A stretch of 64,000 nucleotides of DNA from Octopus sinensis (lineage: Eukaryota): assembly GCF_006345805.1 (NCBI RefSeq), contig NC_043018.1:17670001-17734000 (forward strand), given 5' to 3'. The position numbers and the translations under genes were made by a program. A model generated the notes under the pieces. That model saw only the letters and a list, made by a program, of their open reading frames with translations, did not search any database and was not told the origin of the DNA. Positions 41,578 through 54,911 of this stretch are shown here, piece after piece (the stretch's first letter is position 1; each line of letters begins with the position of its first letter).

Positions 41578-42789
41578 TTAGGCTACTTCTTCATCTTCTT
41601 CAATGTTTAGATGAACTTTCTCTGTATTGGAATCAAAATATGCATTTGCTGGACCTTCGTTTTCGTTTTCGTTTTCGTTTTTCCGATTTGATTGAGGGTT
41701 ATAGTGGCTTGGTGGATGCGATTCAACAATGCTGGTATATTGAGTGAAATTACCATTTGAGGTTGGCTCGGGGGACGAGGGAAATAGGCATGGGGCAACC
41801 GTTTTAAACTCTTTACGGAAATTATCGTTCATCCAAGCATATAAGAACGGATTATACATTGTGGAACTCATGGCAATAATGTGAGCAATAAAGAATATTA
41901 ATATATAATACTCCCACTTTTCAAGAAATTCTTGGTACTCTGTAGCCAAATGCCAAATATTTAAAGGTAGCCAACAGCAGACAAATATCGAGACCATCGC
42001 AATTAGCATGTTATTGGTCCGTCTCTTTCTTCTAATTTCAAGTTCATCTTTTTCTCGGGATTTTGAACCCATTGAAATTTTCATTTTGGTTCTCATTTTA
42101 AGGACATTTGAGACTTTGGTGTAACAGTAAGCAATAATACAGCAAGGCACGATGTATTGAAGTACCAAACTTGTCAAAGTGAAAAACTGTCGTGACTGCT
42201 TACGGGGCCAGTTCTCTTCACATGTGTATATTGTACCGTTTTCCTTTGTATCAACTTGCTGGTAAATGCCTAACGGCAAAGATATGGAGATGGATATGAT
42301 CCAAATAGCTATAAGCAGAAGTAAACAAGTGACCTTTTTCATCCTGGGTCGAAATGGGTAGACGATAACGAAATAACGATCGATTGCAATGGCGGTCGAG
42401 GTTAAAGTCGAAACATAAACGCTCAGTCCTAATGTCATAGGGACCAAGTGACACATTGTCTCTCCGAAAACCCACGACGTCATGTAATATCCTATAGGCG
42501 TGAAGGGCACAGCTAGTAAGCACATGAGGATGTCGGATATAGCAAGGTTCGTTATGAAAATATTTGTAATCGTTTGCATTGCTCGGTTTCTCAAAACCAC
42601 GTAGACAACGAGAGAATTTCCGGATAATCCAAGCAAAAATATTAAGCTATACAGCAGAATACATAAGGCCTGAACCCAGGGCTGCCACATAATCAGGTTA
42701 GGTCTCCCCATATGACTTTCGGTTTCATTAAACGAGTCATTGGGGAAATATGCATCCGGATAAGCCGTGTTGCTGTTACTGCTATTCAT
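41578..42789 (-). CDS. sNPFR: Class A neuropeptide GPCR, short neuropeptide F / prolactin-releasing peptide receptor-like (403 aa, uninterrupted ORF)
   Basis: Seven hydrophobic segments. Motifs GN (TM1), NLAISD and AVPFTP (TM2), DRY, CWLPLN (TM6), HIIAMSSTMYNPFLYAWMNDNFRKEF (TM7/helix 8), conserved TM3 and ECL2 cysteines, N-terminal NxS/T sequons. Start context CAAAATG. The sNPFR versus NPFR assignment rests on motif recall and needs phylogeny. Confidence 0.93.
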   Translation of the reverse strand: MNSSNSNTAYPDAYFPNDSFNETESHMGRPNLIMWQPWVQALCILLYSLIFLLGLSGNSLVVYVVLRNRAMQTITNIFITNLAISDILMCLLAVPFTPIGYYMTSWVFGETMCHLVPMTLGLSVYVSTLTSTAIAIDRYFVIVYPFRPRMKKVTCLLLLIAIWIISISISLPLGIYQQVDTKENGTIYTCEENWPRKQSRQFFTLTSLVLQYIVPCCIIAYCYTKVSNVLKMRTKMKISMGSKSREKDELEIRRKRRTNNMLIAMVSIFVCCWLPLNIWHLATEYQEFLEKWEYYILIFFIAHIIAMSSTMYNPFLYAWMNDNFRKEFKTVAPCLFPSSPEPTSNGNFTQYTSIVESHPPSHYNPQSNRKNENENENEGPANAYFDSNTEKVHLNIEEDEEVA

Positions 42790-42990
42790 TTTGATTGTTG
42801 TAAGCAGTCCGATAAGTAGACAGATTTATTCTTAATCACAATGCCCTTTCTGATTTTTAAAATTTCCCGCTCCTTTATCCTGACCACGTTCGTTTCCTTC
42901 AATCTTTTTTTGTTTTTTATCTTTCTTTTTTTTTTGTCAGTAGTTTTCTTTCCTCTTTTCTTCTTTCTTCTTTTTCTTTGATTTTTCACT

Positions 42991-43020
42991 CTGTAAATAT
43001 CTGAAAAATACAAAAGTGAT
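42991..43020 (-). promoter_or_regulatory. Candidate 3' splice acceptor(s) in the GPCR 5' UTR
   Basis: Minus strand reads CACTTTTGTATTTTTCAG|ATATTTACAG|AGTG: a pyrimidine tract plus CAG (exon start 43000) and a second CAG 10 nt downstream (exon start 42990). No ATG lies between them and the start codon. Confidence 0.6.
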
Positions 43021-43224
43021 TCACCCGTTTAAAATTATTCATAATGAGGCATAACTTACAATTGTTTTAAAATTATATTTTCAATCAAAAGAACACTATA
43101 CAACAGCCTAAACGCACGAAATACAAACTATTTCCTTCGTTTACGATAACCTCAATAAATCCTATCACATAACTGTGATAGGATCGATAAATATGAGAAA
43201 CATAACCATCAACATTTTCAATAT

Positions 43225-43360
43225 AATTTTTAAATTTTGGCACAAGGACAGCAATTTTACGCGATAGATAAGTGGATCACATGAGCCCCAGTGTTTAACT
43301 GCTATTTATATTCTTTACCCTGAAACGATGAACAGCAAATTCGACCTCGGAACGAATGTA
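43225..43360 (-). mobile_element. Old SINE family A-related fragment
   Basis: TTTTGGCACAAGGACAGCAATTTT..CCCCAGTG..GAAACGATGAACAGCAAATTCGACCTCGG. Confidence 0.6.
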
Positions 43361-43373
43361 GGAGAAGTAATAA

Positions 43374-44054
43374 CTCTAGAAATTTATGTTTCTAACAAAT
43401 TGAAAAATAATTGTTTCTGACATCTGTAATTTCATATATTGGTAAAGCGGGCATAGTATTTTATCCTACGCACCTCTTTATCAAATTGAAGAAGAGCAAG
43501 GCATCATAGACATGTATCATTTTTAATATTTGCAGTTTTAAGGTAGATCTACTATCATGTTTGTTGTTATCAAGCTTCATTAGTTCATTCGAATCCCTTA
43601 CTATACCGTCTACCTGCGTGTGATATCGTTTAACCCCAAGTTAAAAGACCTAACATAATATTAACGGTATTAAATAAGTGTTCATTCTGTTGTATTAGAG
43701 AGTCTGTGTGGCTAGCTCATCCAATGATTTTTCTCCCGATGTAAAGGGTGGAGGGAGAGATGTGAGATGGACTTTTAATTAGTATTTCCAGCAAGTCGCG
43801 CGACTGCTGAGACAGTTGGGCTGAACGCTACTGTTATTAAAGTTGGTGAAGTACAATGTAATTCGATCTATTACATCCGTGTTTAATTTTCGTCGTTCCA
43901 AGTTTCAAATGAAAAACAGTTTTTGCCTCCCTCTAGCAATTTATATGTTTCTAACAAATTGAAAAATAATTGTTTCTGACATCTGTAATTGGAGATATTG
44001 GTAAAGCGGGCATATTTTTTTATCCTATGCACCTCTTTATCAAATTGAAGAAGA
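43374..44054. repeat. Local ~120-bp direct duplication (43374-43495 and 43931-44054)
   Basis: Both copies read CTCTAG.AATTTAT..GTTTCTAACAAATTGAAAAATAATTGTTTCTGACATCTGTAATT...GCACCTCTTTATCAAATTGAAGAAGA. Confidence 0.92.
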
Positions 44055-45923
44055 AAGAATGACAAATATTGAATTGTTAGTAAGCGTAATATCAGATGTG
44101 GGAAGTAAGGTGTCGTAGTGCTCAACTTGCTATAGTGAAATATGTAGGAGAAATAATAACGCCATGATGTAACAATCAACATTCTAAAAGTGTCTGATCT
44201 CCTTTATAAGTCGACCGTCCGCAACTGTCAACGAGACGTCATCTAACAGAATGATATTCCACAAACAAATATGCAGAGAGTGTGAAGAAAAGTGAGAAGC
44301 ATTCTGAGAAAATGCAAATTGAAACTGCACAAGAATATTGTACTAATTTCTGACGGCACCAGTAACCGCGGTGATGTGAGCAATAACAATGCAATGATTC
44401 CGTTTCATGGAACGGGAGAAGTTTTGGTGCTACAAGTTGAGTGATATGATGTCATACGATGATGATCACGGCGATGTAGAAATTTAGTTGGAAAAATAAA
44501 TGAAGATCCAAAACAAATGTAAAAGATAAATTATTCTAAAAATGCAAGAAACCTCAACCCACCAAAATATAAAAATAACTGAAGATGATAGTGGATTTTA
44601 CTGCGTTGACATAGCTATTGTTTTTACGTAACATATATTTACACAGAAACATTATTGGTTAGTTTCCTTGGAGTGTTAAGAATAAAAAAGCATGGATTAA
44701 GGCAGCAGACCTGAAGATAAATTTATAACTATAACTCCAGAAGTTGAGAAATGCCATAAACACAGGGAATGATATCTTCACTGGAAAACGTGAAGGGTTA
44801 ACCAAAAATCAATAAGATAGTAGAAAGCTCAATGCTGAGAGAAGAAAAAGGGCGTAAAATGTTAGAAAATAATAACCGTTCACTGAAAATTTATTGATAT
44901 CAGTGGAATACTCTCATCAAAAGATATGGAAGAACAATTTATCTCAATCACTGGATAGCAATAATCAAAGCCATGAAATCCTCCTGCAATTTATATTTGT
45001 ATGTTGAATGGAGATAGTCTAAACAAAGGAAGCAAATTTACATCCAACACTGAGTGCCTAATCATCAAAGGTATTCGAGACATTTATACATATCCGCTGT
45101 TGGATGATTATCAACAAACGAGAGACAGATATATTACTCTCGCCGAAGCAGATACGCACCAATAATTCTGATGCTACCTGAGCTAATCCGCATTGCCAAA
45201 GCGATATGATTTTATTGCAGTTCAGATTCCTGCATCCCACTCGCTGATTTAAAATCATTTACATGGAAGTGAATACTGAAGTAGCTAGACTAGTGGTAAA
45301 ATCCTAACCAGTATGATTGAATTTACTGGGCCATCAAAACGTGATTATAACCACTTGAGATTTATCACAACATCGCCAGGAATAAGGAGATTTCTTTTCA
45401 TCATTTTTTTATTGCAGTCTTTCTTCTGTGAAATCTTCTGAATCTATTCAACCATTTCTGATTTAACAAAATAATGGAGAGAAAGTAATAGACATCTTAC
45501 TTTCTTAATTCCAAGCACGACGCCTTTACGTCAGGAAGGTACGCACAATTAGTTCTCCGGAGAAGCTCCTAAATCCTTTGCAACAATTTATTTCTAGAAT
45601 TATTTTTCTTTCTTAAAGCATTTCCGCCTCATTTGATTCCAATGTAGATGAGAAAATTGAGACATTGCAATAAAATTCCACAGCAGTAATTACAATTAAT
45701 CACTGTTGGGAAGTAATTGTCTATTTAGAACTTTAGCGCAGAGTTGCTCTACATACACAGTAAGATCGACGACCGGTTTTCAAACCTTTCCAAACAATTA
45801 GTGAAATAATGTGTAATCCAGAAGAGTATAGATCTATACTGAGAAGCTTCTGTCTGTAATAATTAAAGTGTCCATAAACTAATAATAAATTTATGTGTTA
45901 TGCAGTACTACACTATTAACTAT

Positions 45924-46157
45924 AGGGCGGCGAGCTGGCAGAAACGTTAGCACGTCGGGCGAAATGCTTTAGCGGTATTTCGTCTGCCGTTACGTTGTGA
46001 GTTCAAATTCCGCCGAGGTCGACTTTACCTTTCATCCTTTCGGGGTCGATAAATTAAGTACCAGTTACGCACTGGGGTCGATGTAATCGACTTAATCCCT
46101 TTGTCTGTCCTTGTTTGTCCCCTCTGTGTTTAGCCCCTTGTGGGTAGTAAAGAAATA
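45924..46157 (+). mobile_element. SINE family A monomer, young, with imperfect TSD
   Basis: GGCGGCGAGCTGGCAGAA head, GAGTTCAAATTCC B-box, end GTAGTAAAGAAATA. Flanked by TACACTATTAAC and TACACTATTTAAC. Confidence 0.92.
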
Positions 46158-46689
46158 TACACTATTTAACAACGGTTCGAACACCTTTCATCTCACTTGA
46201 TGTTATTGCTGTTTTGTTCTTGTTTAAACCTGAACAGTCTTCCGTTCAGCTTCTCCCTATAAAAAGGATGGAAGTTGTCAGCAATAATAATGCCTTATTG
46301 TCAATCTCAAAATACAACCCCTACTACTACAATATGAATTGCTCTTGATTTTAAGACTGAAGGCAATGTTTCGAATTAGTTGCTTGTTATTTCTAAGTCT
46401 GATAGCTTTGCTTCGCGTTACATGTAAGTTGTCATTTGACTTGTTAAAATAGTTTCAAATTTTCCCCTTTCATTAGAACCTACAGCTTAAAAATGATATA
46501 TGGGACAACATTATTAAGATGGTGATATATTCAGTGTATGACAACCGAAACCTGAAGTACGGTCGTTGCGGAAATGAGAATATAAAGAGGGAGAGAGAGA
46601 GAGAGAGAGATGTAGTTTCTTACACTGTTTCTAGAATAGCCAAGAATGTGGATCAGGATATTCGGTATGGATTCCATAAGCGATGTATA

Positions 46690-47062
46690 TCTATCATTGA
46701 AAAGAAAGCAGTGGAAGGATGTTTCTTTCTCAGACGAGTCATCCTGTACATTATTTCCGACCACCAGTTGAGTATACGTGTGGAGACCACCAAAAGAAGT
46801 ATTTGACCCAGACTGCCGTCTTCCAATTGTTAAACATGAGGGAGTATCTGCGATGATCTGGGAGGCTTTATCTTGGAATCCACCGTCACGGTGGTTTCTC
46901 TTATTGGCAGAATTAATAGTCAAGACGACTTAAGCATTTTATCTGATCAAATTCATCCTATGTGGAATTGCTTCCAGAGGGAAACGCAGTCTTTCAGGAT
47001 GATAATACATCAATTCGCACAGCTAAAATTGTTACTGAATGGCACGAGGAATATTCTAGTGA
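46690..47062 (+). mobile_element. Tc1 transposase DDE-domain fragment
   Basis: Translates QWKDVSFSDESS..VYVWR..VKHEG.S.MIW..GRINSQD..ILSDQIHPM..AVFQDDN..RTAK.VTEW, with a stop and frameshifts. Confidence 0.85.
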
Positions 47063-47077
47063 TTTTTTTCGAAATTT

Positions 47078-47336
47078 CCGGGTGTCAACGGAACGGCCCG
47101 CTCGTGAAATTAACGTGTAAGTGGCCGAGCTTTCCGCAGACACGTGTATACTTGACGAAGTTTCCGGAGAAATTCAGCGTGACACAGAGTGTGACATGTT
47201 TGGCCCTTTTGTGACAAGTTTTGTCGGGCCGAGGCTATAGTAGAAAACACTTACCCAAGGTGCCACGAAGTGGGACTTAACGCGGAACCATGTGGTTGGT
47301 AGGGAAGCTACTTACATCACAGCCACTCCTGCGCCC
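47078..47336 (-). mobile_element. Adjacent SINE fragments: family B 3' part (47078-47212) and family C 5' part (47222-47336)
   Basis: GCTCGTGAAATTAACGTGTAAGTGG matches the family B copy near 2426. GGGCCGAGGCTATAG..CACAGCCACTCCTGCGCC is the reverse complement of the family C head. Confidence 0.85.
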
Positions 47337-47371
<35 letters not shown>

Positions 47372-47660
47372 GTGTGTGTGTGTGTAATATAAATAATATA
47401 ATATGCATATATACATACTTATATGTACATTCCTACATATATATGAACAAAATGAGAAACGAGAACAGAAAAAAAAACATGGAAAACGAACTTGTTTTTG
47501 AACAACGAAAAAAACAAATAGAGAAACGAGACAGGGAACATAAAGAACATTCATCAGTTGTCCCCCCCCCTTCTTTAATCTGTTCTGCATTTCCACTCGC
47601 GCGCACACACACACACAGAGGCAGATGCGTATACGTAAATGTGCACAAGCACAAAATTAC

Positions 47661-47691
<31 letters not shown>

Positions 47692-47859
47692 ATAGATTTT
47701 TTTCTCTTAAGAGAAAAAAATCTATCAAAAGGAACTCTATCTCTCTTAAAAAAATATCTTTTGATAAGCATAACAAATGCGCAACCGGTAAAAAGAACTT
47801 TCACCTAATTAAATACACTCTCCCTTACTTAATTATTTTGTCAGCATTTTCTTCATTTC

Positions 47860-47908
<49 letters not shown>

Positions 47909-47932
47909 ATGTGTGTATATGTGTATATATGC

Positions 47933-47987
<55 letters not shown>

Positions 47988-49375
47988 ATATATATATATG
48001 TATATAATATATATATTATATATATATATATATTATATATATATATATATTCACGTGTGGTGAATGTGTACTTTTATAAAAATATTGAGAAATATACAGA
48101 GAATATAATAACTAATCACGTTCTGGCATGACTATGAATGCCTGTCTCTTGCACTTTCTACGACCTAAACAGTCGTAGAGAGATTGGAATCACTTCAGTG
48201 GCTATTTTCGAAGCGAACAACGCACAACGCGAAGTTATTTATTGAAGAATCTATTGTTGTAGACTCAGACCAAGTTTTGCTGAAAATATCTCAAATATGT
48301 TGCCTATTGACCACTTAATTAATCGGACACCAGTTCCCTCCCGATCATAATAGTTATTACGATCTGCAGACCGGTAGCCATACCAAATTTACATATGTGT
48401 GTGTGTGTGTGTCTATACACATACACAAACATACACACGCATATATATATATATATATATATAAAAAAATTTATATGTATGTATGTATGTATGTATACAT
48501 ATATAAATATACATACATGTAAACATACATAAGCGTACATAGCTACGCTGTTTCTTTTGTACATAGGTAACAGCAGGCACTGCCACAGGCATAAATATAT
48601 ATATATCCAATATCCACACATATGCAAGATTCAGAAGTATATATATATATATATATATATACATACATATAAATATATATATCTGTGTGTGTGTATGTAT
48701 GTATGTATGTATGTATGTATGTATGTATAGCGTTATGTGTGTATGTGAGTGTGTTTACATATATATATTATCTGTCGCGCTAAAGTGCACTAAATGGAGG
48801 GGAATGACAGAGTAGATTCTTGGTGAACCACAGAGATAGGGTGAAAGGAAAGATTTTTGCGTGATAAGTTGGAGTGTAGAGTGGCAGAATTACAATGGAA
48901 GAATAAGGAGGAGAAATAGAATAGAAAGATGAGAGAGATAGAGAAGACGGATGAAGTGGGAAAATGGGAAAGGAAGAAAGACAACCTGCATGAAAGAGGG
49001 AAAATATCGTAAAATGTCGGAATGTATGAAATTTTAGGAAAAAAAAATATGTTGAAATATGAGAGTAAGAAGAAAAATCAAATGAGAAAAAGAATTTCAT
49101 ATTTCAAAGACTGCTATTCTCCGGCACATATTCCACACACACGAACACATGCATATATATTTCCCAAAAAACATGTGTCTACCAATTGTCATGCCTACAT
49201 GTACTTTTACATGCGTGTATATGCCTAATTTGCATATCCCTCCTCTTGCTCTCTCTCTCTAGAAATATAACTCTTATTATAAAAGGCAGATTTTATCTTC
49301 CTCCCTTTGTCTCTTATAGAATCTACAATATAGGATTTCTTCAATTACAATTTACCTTGTATATATATATATCCA

Positions 49376-49431
<56 letters not shown>

Positions 49432-49551
49432 CATATATATGTATATATACATATATATGTACATATATATATATATAATATATACATATATATATGTATA
49501 TATATATAATATATATGTTATATATAATATATATGTATATATGTATATATG

Positions 49552-49613
<62 letters not shown>

Positions 49614-49667
49614 TATATATTTGTGTGTGTGTATGTATGTATTATGTATGTGTATATATGCATATAT

Positions 49668-49975
49668 GGGTACAGGACGTCACGAAACGTGTACGACAAA
49701 AACATACGAAGCACGAGTATATGGAACGTGAACTATTCTTTCGAACAACGAAAGACATAAATGAAAAACAAATTAAACAGCATAAAGAACAACCCTTCAT
49801 TGGTTGTTTACTGTTTTTCTAGTCTCTGATTTCGTGCATTCAACAATATTATACGCTTTAGATAAAACAGCTGCTCCCGCAAAGCAAATTAGATAAAATT
49901 TTGGATTTTGTGGAGGGACAAAATAGGCAATACAAATATAGACAAGACAGTGAAGGACTGCTAAGCCTAAACAAG
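49668..49975 (-). repeat. Second copy of the dispersed repeat at 8905-9205
   Basis: Colinear reverse-complement similarity over ~300 bp. Confidence 0.75.
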
Positions 49976-50604
49976 GTTACGGTGGCGAACACGTAAACCA
50001 AGCTCTGACAGGAGACAAACAAGAACACGTCTTCCTTTATTAAGCTAAAACGGAGAGAAAGAAAGAAACATGACCACGAATTGTATTGATGTGCACGATG
50101 TAAGATCAATGAGGAAGGGGAGATATGGATACATAATTGTCAATAATGAGTGGGTCGTGATGGTAGGTTTTGAGAGTGATTGAGAAACAAAGCATTTATG
50201 AGAGGTGTTTAGAACAGAGAATAATCGAGGACTGGGAGAGCCTTGGATGAAGACACAAAAAAGCATAATATTGGTGGAAATGGTGTGGCCAGGATTGATG
50301 AAGAATGGGAATAGTTGCGTGAGAGGAGACTGTTATGAAGGGGATTCAGTTTTCAGGTGAGTACAACAGTAGTATAGATGAGTGGGGGGCTGAAAATCGA
50401 AGTAAACTTGACATGTCTGAGAGGGGAATGAGTAAATAAACAAGGAAGATCAATTTCTCGTGTGAACTTGGATTATCCATATACAAAAATATTTTCTCCG
50501 TTATACCTTCTGCGTCCTTATCCTGCACTAGAGACATCAAGTGGAATTATTTCTGTCTACTGCTTTCTTAAATATTACTTGAATTCGGTTGGGCTATATC
50601 TGTT

Positions 50605-50985
50605 TTCTTACTTACTAGAACCTTAGTCTTTGCGATGTTGACTTTAAAACACACTGATTTTAGATTTTACCTCCACACCAGGAATTTGTCTTTAAGTATG
50701 ATACAGACACTTCTATTCGAGCGAGACCATCAGCATATAGTAATTCCTTGGTGCAGCCCGTCTTAAATATTTAGTTATCGCCTGGAGAATGATGACAATT
50801 CTGAGTGAACTGAGAACCGCATACTAGTGAACACTATGAGTACATTAACTTTGCTACAACAATCATGGCTAACATTCACCGCTCTAGAAGCTCCCCATTT
50901 CCTTGTACATGGTTTGTACAGCTTTCACAAGCCATGTTTCCATCCTTAGCTTCCTTAGAGAAAACCGCATCACAGAGCGATGAAC
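50605..50985 (-). mobile_element. Decayed RTE/BovB-like RT fragment
   Basis: Minus strand: SLRKLRMETWLVKAVQTMY ... KTGCTKELLYADGL (cf. YADDL) ... KVNIAKTKVL. Confidence 0.75.
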
Positions 50986-51132
50986 TTTCTCGGGGTTAAT
51001 GGGAGGCTGTCGAAGGATAAGAATTTCGAAACTTCGATAACTGGAGTAAAATATTGACCCATGGTGACTTCCGAAGTACATAGTTGTAAATAGGTATAGT
51101 ATATTCTTCCGCCCTAGAATAATTTATTATAC

Positions 51133-51133
51133 A

Positions 51134-51210
<77 letters not shown>

Positions 51211-51237
51211 GTCTATCTATCTATCTATCTATCTGTG

Positions 51238-51310
<73 letters not shown>

Positions 51311-51460
51311 GTCGTCTGTCTGTCTGTCTATCTATCGATCTGCCTATCTATTTGCCTATCTATCTATCTGTCTATCTATCTATCCATGTATCTATCTATC
51401 TATATATCTATCTGTCTGTCTGTCTGCCTATATATCTATGTATCTATCTATACATACATA
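51133..51460. repeat. (CTAT)n tetranucleotide array
   Basis: Directly visible. Confidence 0.96.
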
Positions 51461-52179
51461 TATATATAGTCGGTAGAAAGAGAGCAATAATTGGTGGCTG
51501 CTGTTATGTAAAGGCATGTGTGTATGTGTCTATGTGTGTGTGTGTGTGTGTGTGTATGCGTATGTGTATATTTGTAACGAAATTTATATAATATATAAGT
51601 TATATGTGTATGCATCTACGGAAGAATGCATTCGTAATTTTACAATTATGCATATCCCATGATCATAGAGCACAAACTTGTATGAATATATTTTTAAATG
51701 TGTATATTTAAAGAATTGTGTTTCCGTACATAATGAAATGAAAGTAAAAAATATATATCTACTCTTCTTTAAGATGAATGCAAAAAGATAGCCTTCATTA
51801 TTGGCAACGCATTATCTATATTTCAAACACAGTATATCTTTTAATATTTATCCAGAGTCTCATATATATTTTATCGTTCAGTTAAACTTCAAAAAAACGT
51901 TGTTTACGAAAGCATATATTAAATAAGGCCAGAAAGAAATTAAATAGAAGTTTTAAAATAAAGTTTGTGCACCTCTAAACCAATTAAATTTTAGATGATT
52001 TTATTTGTATACGTTTGAAACGAAACAAAATTACTTCAAAGCAAAGTTTGTTTTGCGTGTTTTTGCTTTTGTTGTTTTTTTTGCTGCAATACCGTTGAGC
52101 TGTGAGGATGCTAAATTAATATAATAAAAACCTCAGATCCTAAAATATATTGGTTTCGTAAGTGTTTAAGTATGTTTCA

Positions 52180-52564
52180 GAGGCGCAATGGTCCAGTGGT
52201 TAGGGCAGCGGACTCGCGGTCGTAGGATCGCGGTTTCGATTCCCAGACAGGGCGTTGTGAGTGTTTATTGAGCGAAAACACCTAAAAGAAGGCTCCACGA
52301 GACTCCGGCAGGGGATGGTGGTGATCCCTGCCGTACTCTTTCACCACAACTTTCTCTCACTCTTACTTCCTGTTTCTGTTGTACCTGTATTTAAAAGGGC
52401 CGGCCTTGTCACTCTCTGTGTCACGCTGCATATCCCCGAGAACTACGTTAAGGGTACACGTGTCTGTGGAGTGCTCAGCCACTTACACGTTAATTTCACG
52501 AGCAGGCTGTTCCGTTGATCGCATCAACCGGAACCCTCGTTGTCGGAACCGACGGAGTGCTTCC
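52180..52564 (+). mobile_element. SINE family B, full length, 13-bp TSD
   Basis: A- and B-boxes intact. AAGTATGTTTCAG occurs at both 52168-52180 and 52565-52577. Confidence 0.95.
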
Positions 52565-54880
52565 AAGTATGTTTCAGTTCAGCCATCGGTGTATACTTGC
52601 GGGAGAAAACCTGAGCTTTTTATTGAAACAGTTTATTGGGTAAGCAACTGAAAAGACGTCTATTCTTAACAATCACCGATACAGTACGTTCCAATTTCCA
52701 AAGCACTCGTCTCTACTTATTTAAACACCGTCAGCTATAAATGTTTCAATGGTATTCTTTCAGAACATCTCAATAGACTCCAATTCGTGAATATTTTAGG
52801 AACCTAACCAAATTGCCACTTGAACCAAGAAAAGAATAACTTATTATTTTATAGTATTTGAAACCAAGAACTACTCCAAGATGCCACACTTCTTAACTCT
52901 ATTACATTCCACGAAATTTTCTTGCATTTGAATGCAAGAGCTCCCGTAATGTCGCATTAAAATTTAAAAGCACCAAGAACTCTGCAGTTGTACAAGTCTA
53001 GCTGCCAAAATTCGTGACTGTCAAAACTCATCTCTTCCAAGAGAAAAAGTTTACAGTTTTGAATGTTACTACCAAAGGCGTAGAAGTATCAATTCACACA
53101 TTTCTCTCGTTCCATCAAATATCCCTTTTCTGCTGAACTGCTTTTATTACCTTCTGATGAAAATATCTTTAAACATGACAATGACAGGCATTTAGTGTTT
53201 CTGAACTTGAACTGAAAAATTCACTTTTCTGTCACACTCACCTCTAGATTTTTTGTTAAAGTCTTACCTTAAGAATTGCTTAAATTTCCCGTCTAATTAA
53301 AAGTCACAGGACAATGTATGGCATAAAATATTCTGGTAGTATTGTCTTATGTCACAAAATTTAAATGATCAATAAACAAACCCCAAAAGATTTAAGTCAT
53401 AGAAGCTTTGCAATAATTAAACATTAAAATGCATTTCAAAAGGAAAATATAAAATTAACCACAGAAAGTTTCCTGTGAGTGTAGACATTTAGTTTAACTT
53501 AAAACTATGTTGCGTCAGATATTGGACATTTCTGTAGCGCTGGTTGCCTCGGCTACACGATATAATAATGAGGATCGATGTTGTCATGTTTATGTTGGGA
53601 TTATTTTTGTTGTTGGCGTTGTTTGAACCAATGTTTTGTGCTTGTTTGTGTGAGGGTGTGTGAAACGCATTACAGCCATGACAAATTCGTTTTTCACACA
53701 AATATAATGGATCTCGGCTTTATCTTCTAATATGCTCTCCCTCGCAGAAAAGGATACGAACGAGATACAGAAGTTCATTCAATGGATCCTTTACACCATG
53801 ACGGTAACAAAGGATCAAATATTTCTCATAATAGCAAAACTTGCAAGAAATATGAGCTGAAGGTGCAATGCAAACACAACAGATGGGTTTTCCTTTAAGA
53901 TTTGCATTATTGATTAATAAGAAACCCGCTGCTATATTTTGCAGCAACGCCAGCACTGTAATAGATTTTGTTTCCTTATATATTCACCATCAGGAGAGGA
54001 TGTTACATGGATTCTATATCTGCCACCTAAGAATATTTCAATTATAATTCATGATATGTTTGGCATATATATATTTCGGTTACCTTTCCAATTCCGCTGT
54101 CAGAATATTATGACATATTCCAATAAAACCCGGGAAACGCTCATCTAAAATGCAACATGTTTCTTAGAACCGTATTGCAAAGACACATCTATAGCATTTC
54201 ATCCACCCAATGTTTCTTTCGTCTCTCATTCTCTACTTCACTTTGCCTATATATTTATGTATGTGTGTCTGTGTTGTGCGAGTGTGTGTGTGTGTGCGCA
54301 TGTGTTTATAAGCTGTATATCGTCAGGTGCCTTTTAACAACAAGATCACATGCACTGGTTCTATATCTGATAATTATTTGTAAACTACTTTGATAATTAT
54401 ACAACGAACTAATCGTTGCCTTAATTAATGAGTTGATGAATGAATGAATCGGTTTATCAGAGGCGTTTCGTTTTCATTCGTGAGCTTGTCAGTTTATTCC
54501 AGTTCTGGACGGCACGAATGTATACAAAACCGAATATTATGTTTATAAAAAGTGCTTGGATACATTGTGAAAAAACAGCCACAAAGGTGACAGACGAGTG
54601 AGAAGATGGCTTGCAGGGTTGAATCGAACAAATCGTCACGGTACTATTTTGCTTTTTAAGTTTCATACTTATACATTTGCTACCGAATGCTAAACTACAA
54701 AATATATGGGGTGTAAACAAACCAGCAGTGGTTTTTGAGCGCTATGAGGCTAAACACACACGCACACACACAGATTTATTCACTAAATATTAGTCGGAGC
54801 GGAACTAAATTAGAAGCTCTTTAATAAAGGTTCCACGTTATTATATAATACTTCATACAAGCACACACACACACACACAC

Positions 54881-54911
<31 letters not shown>

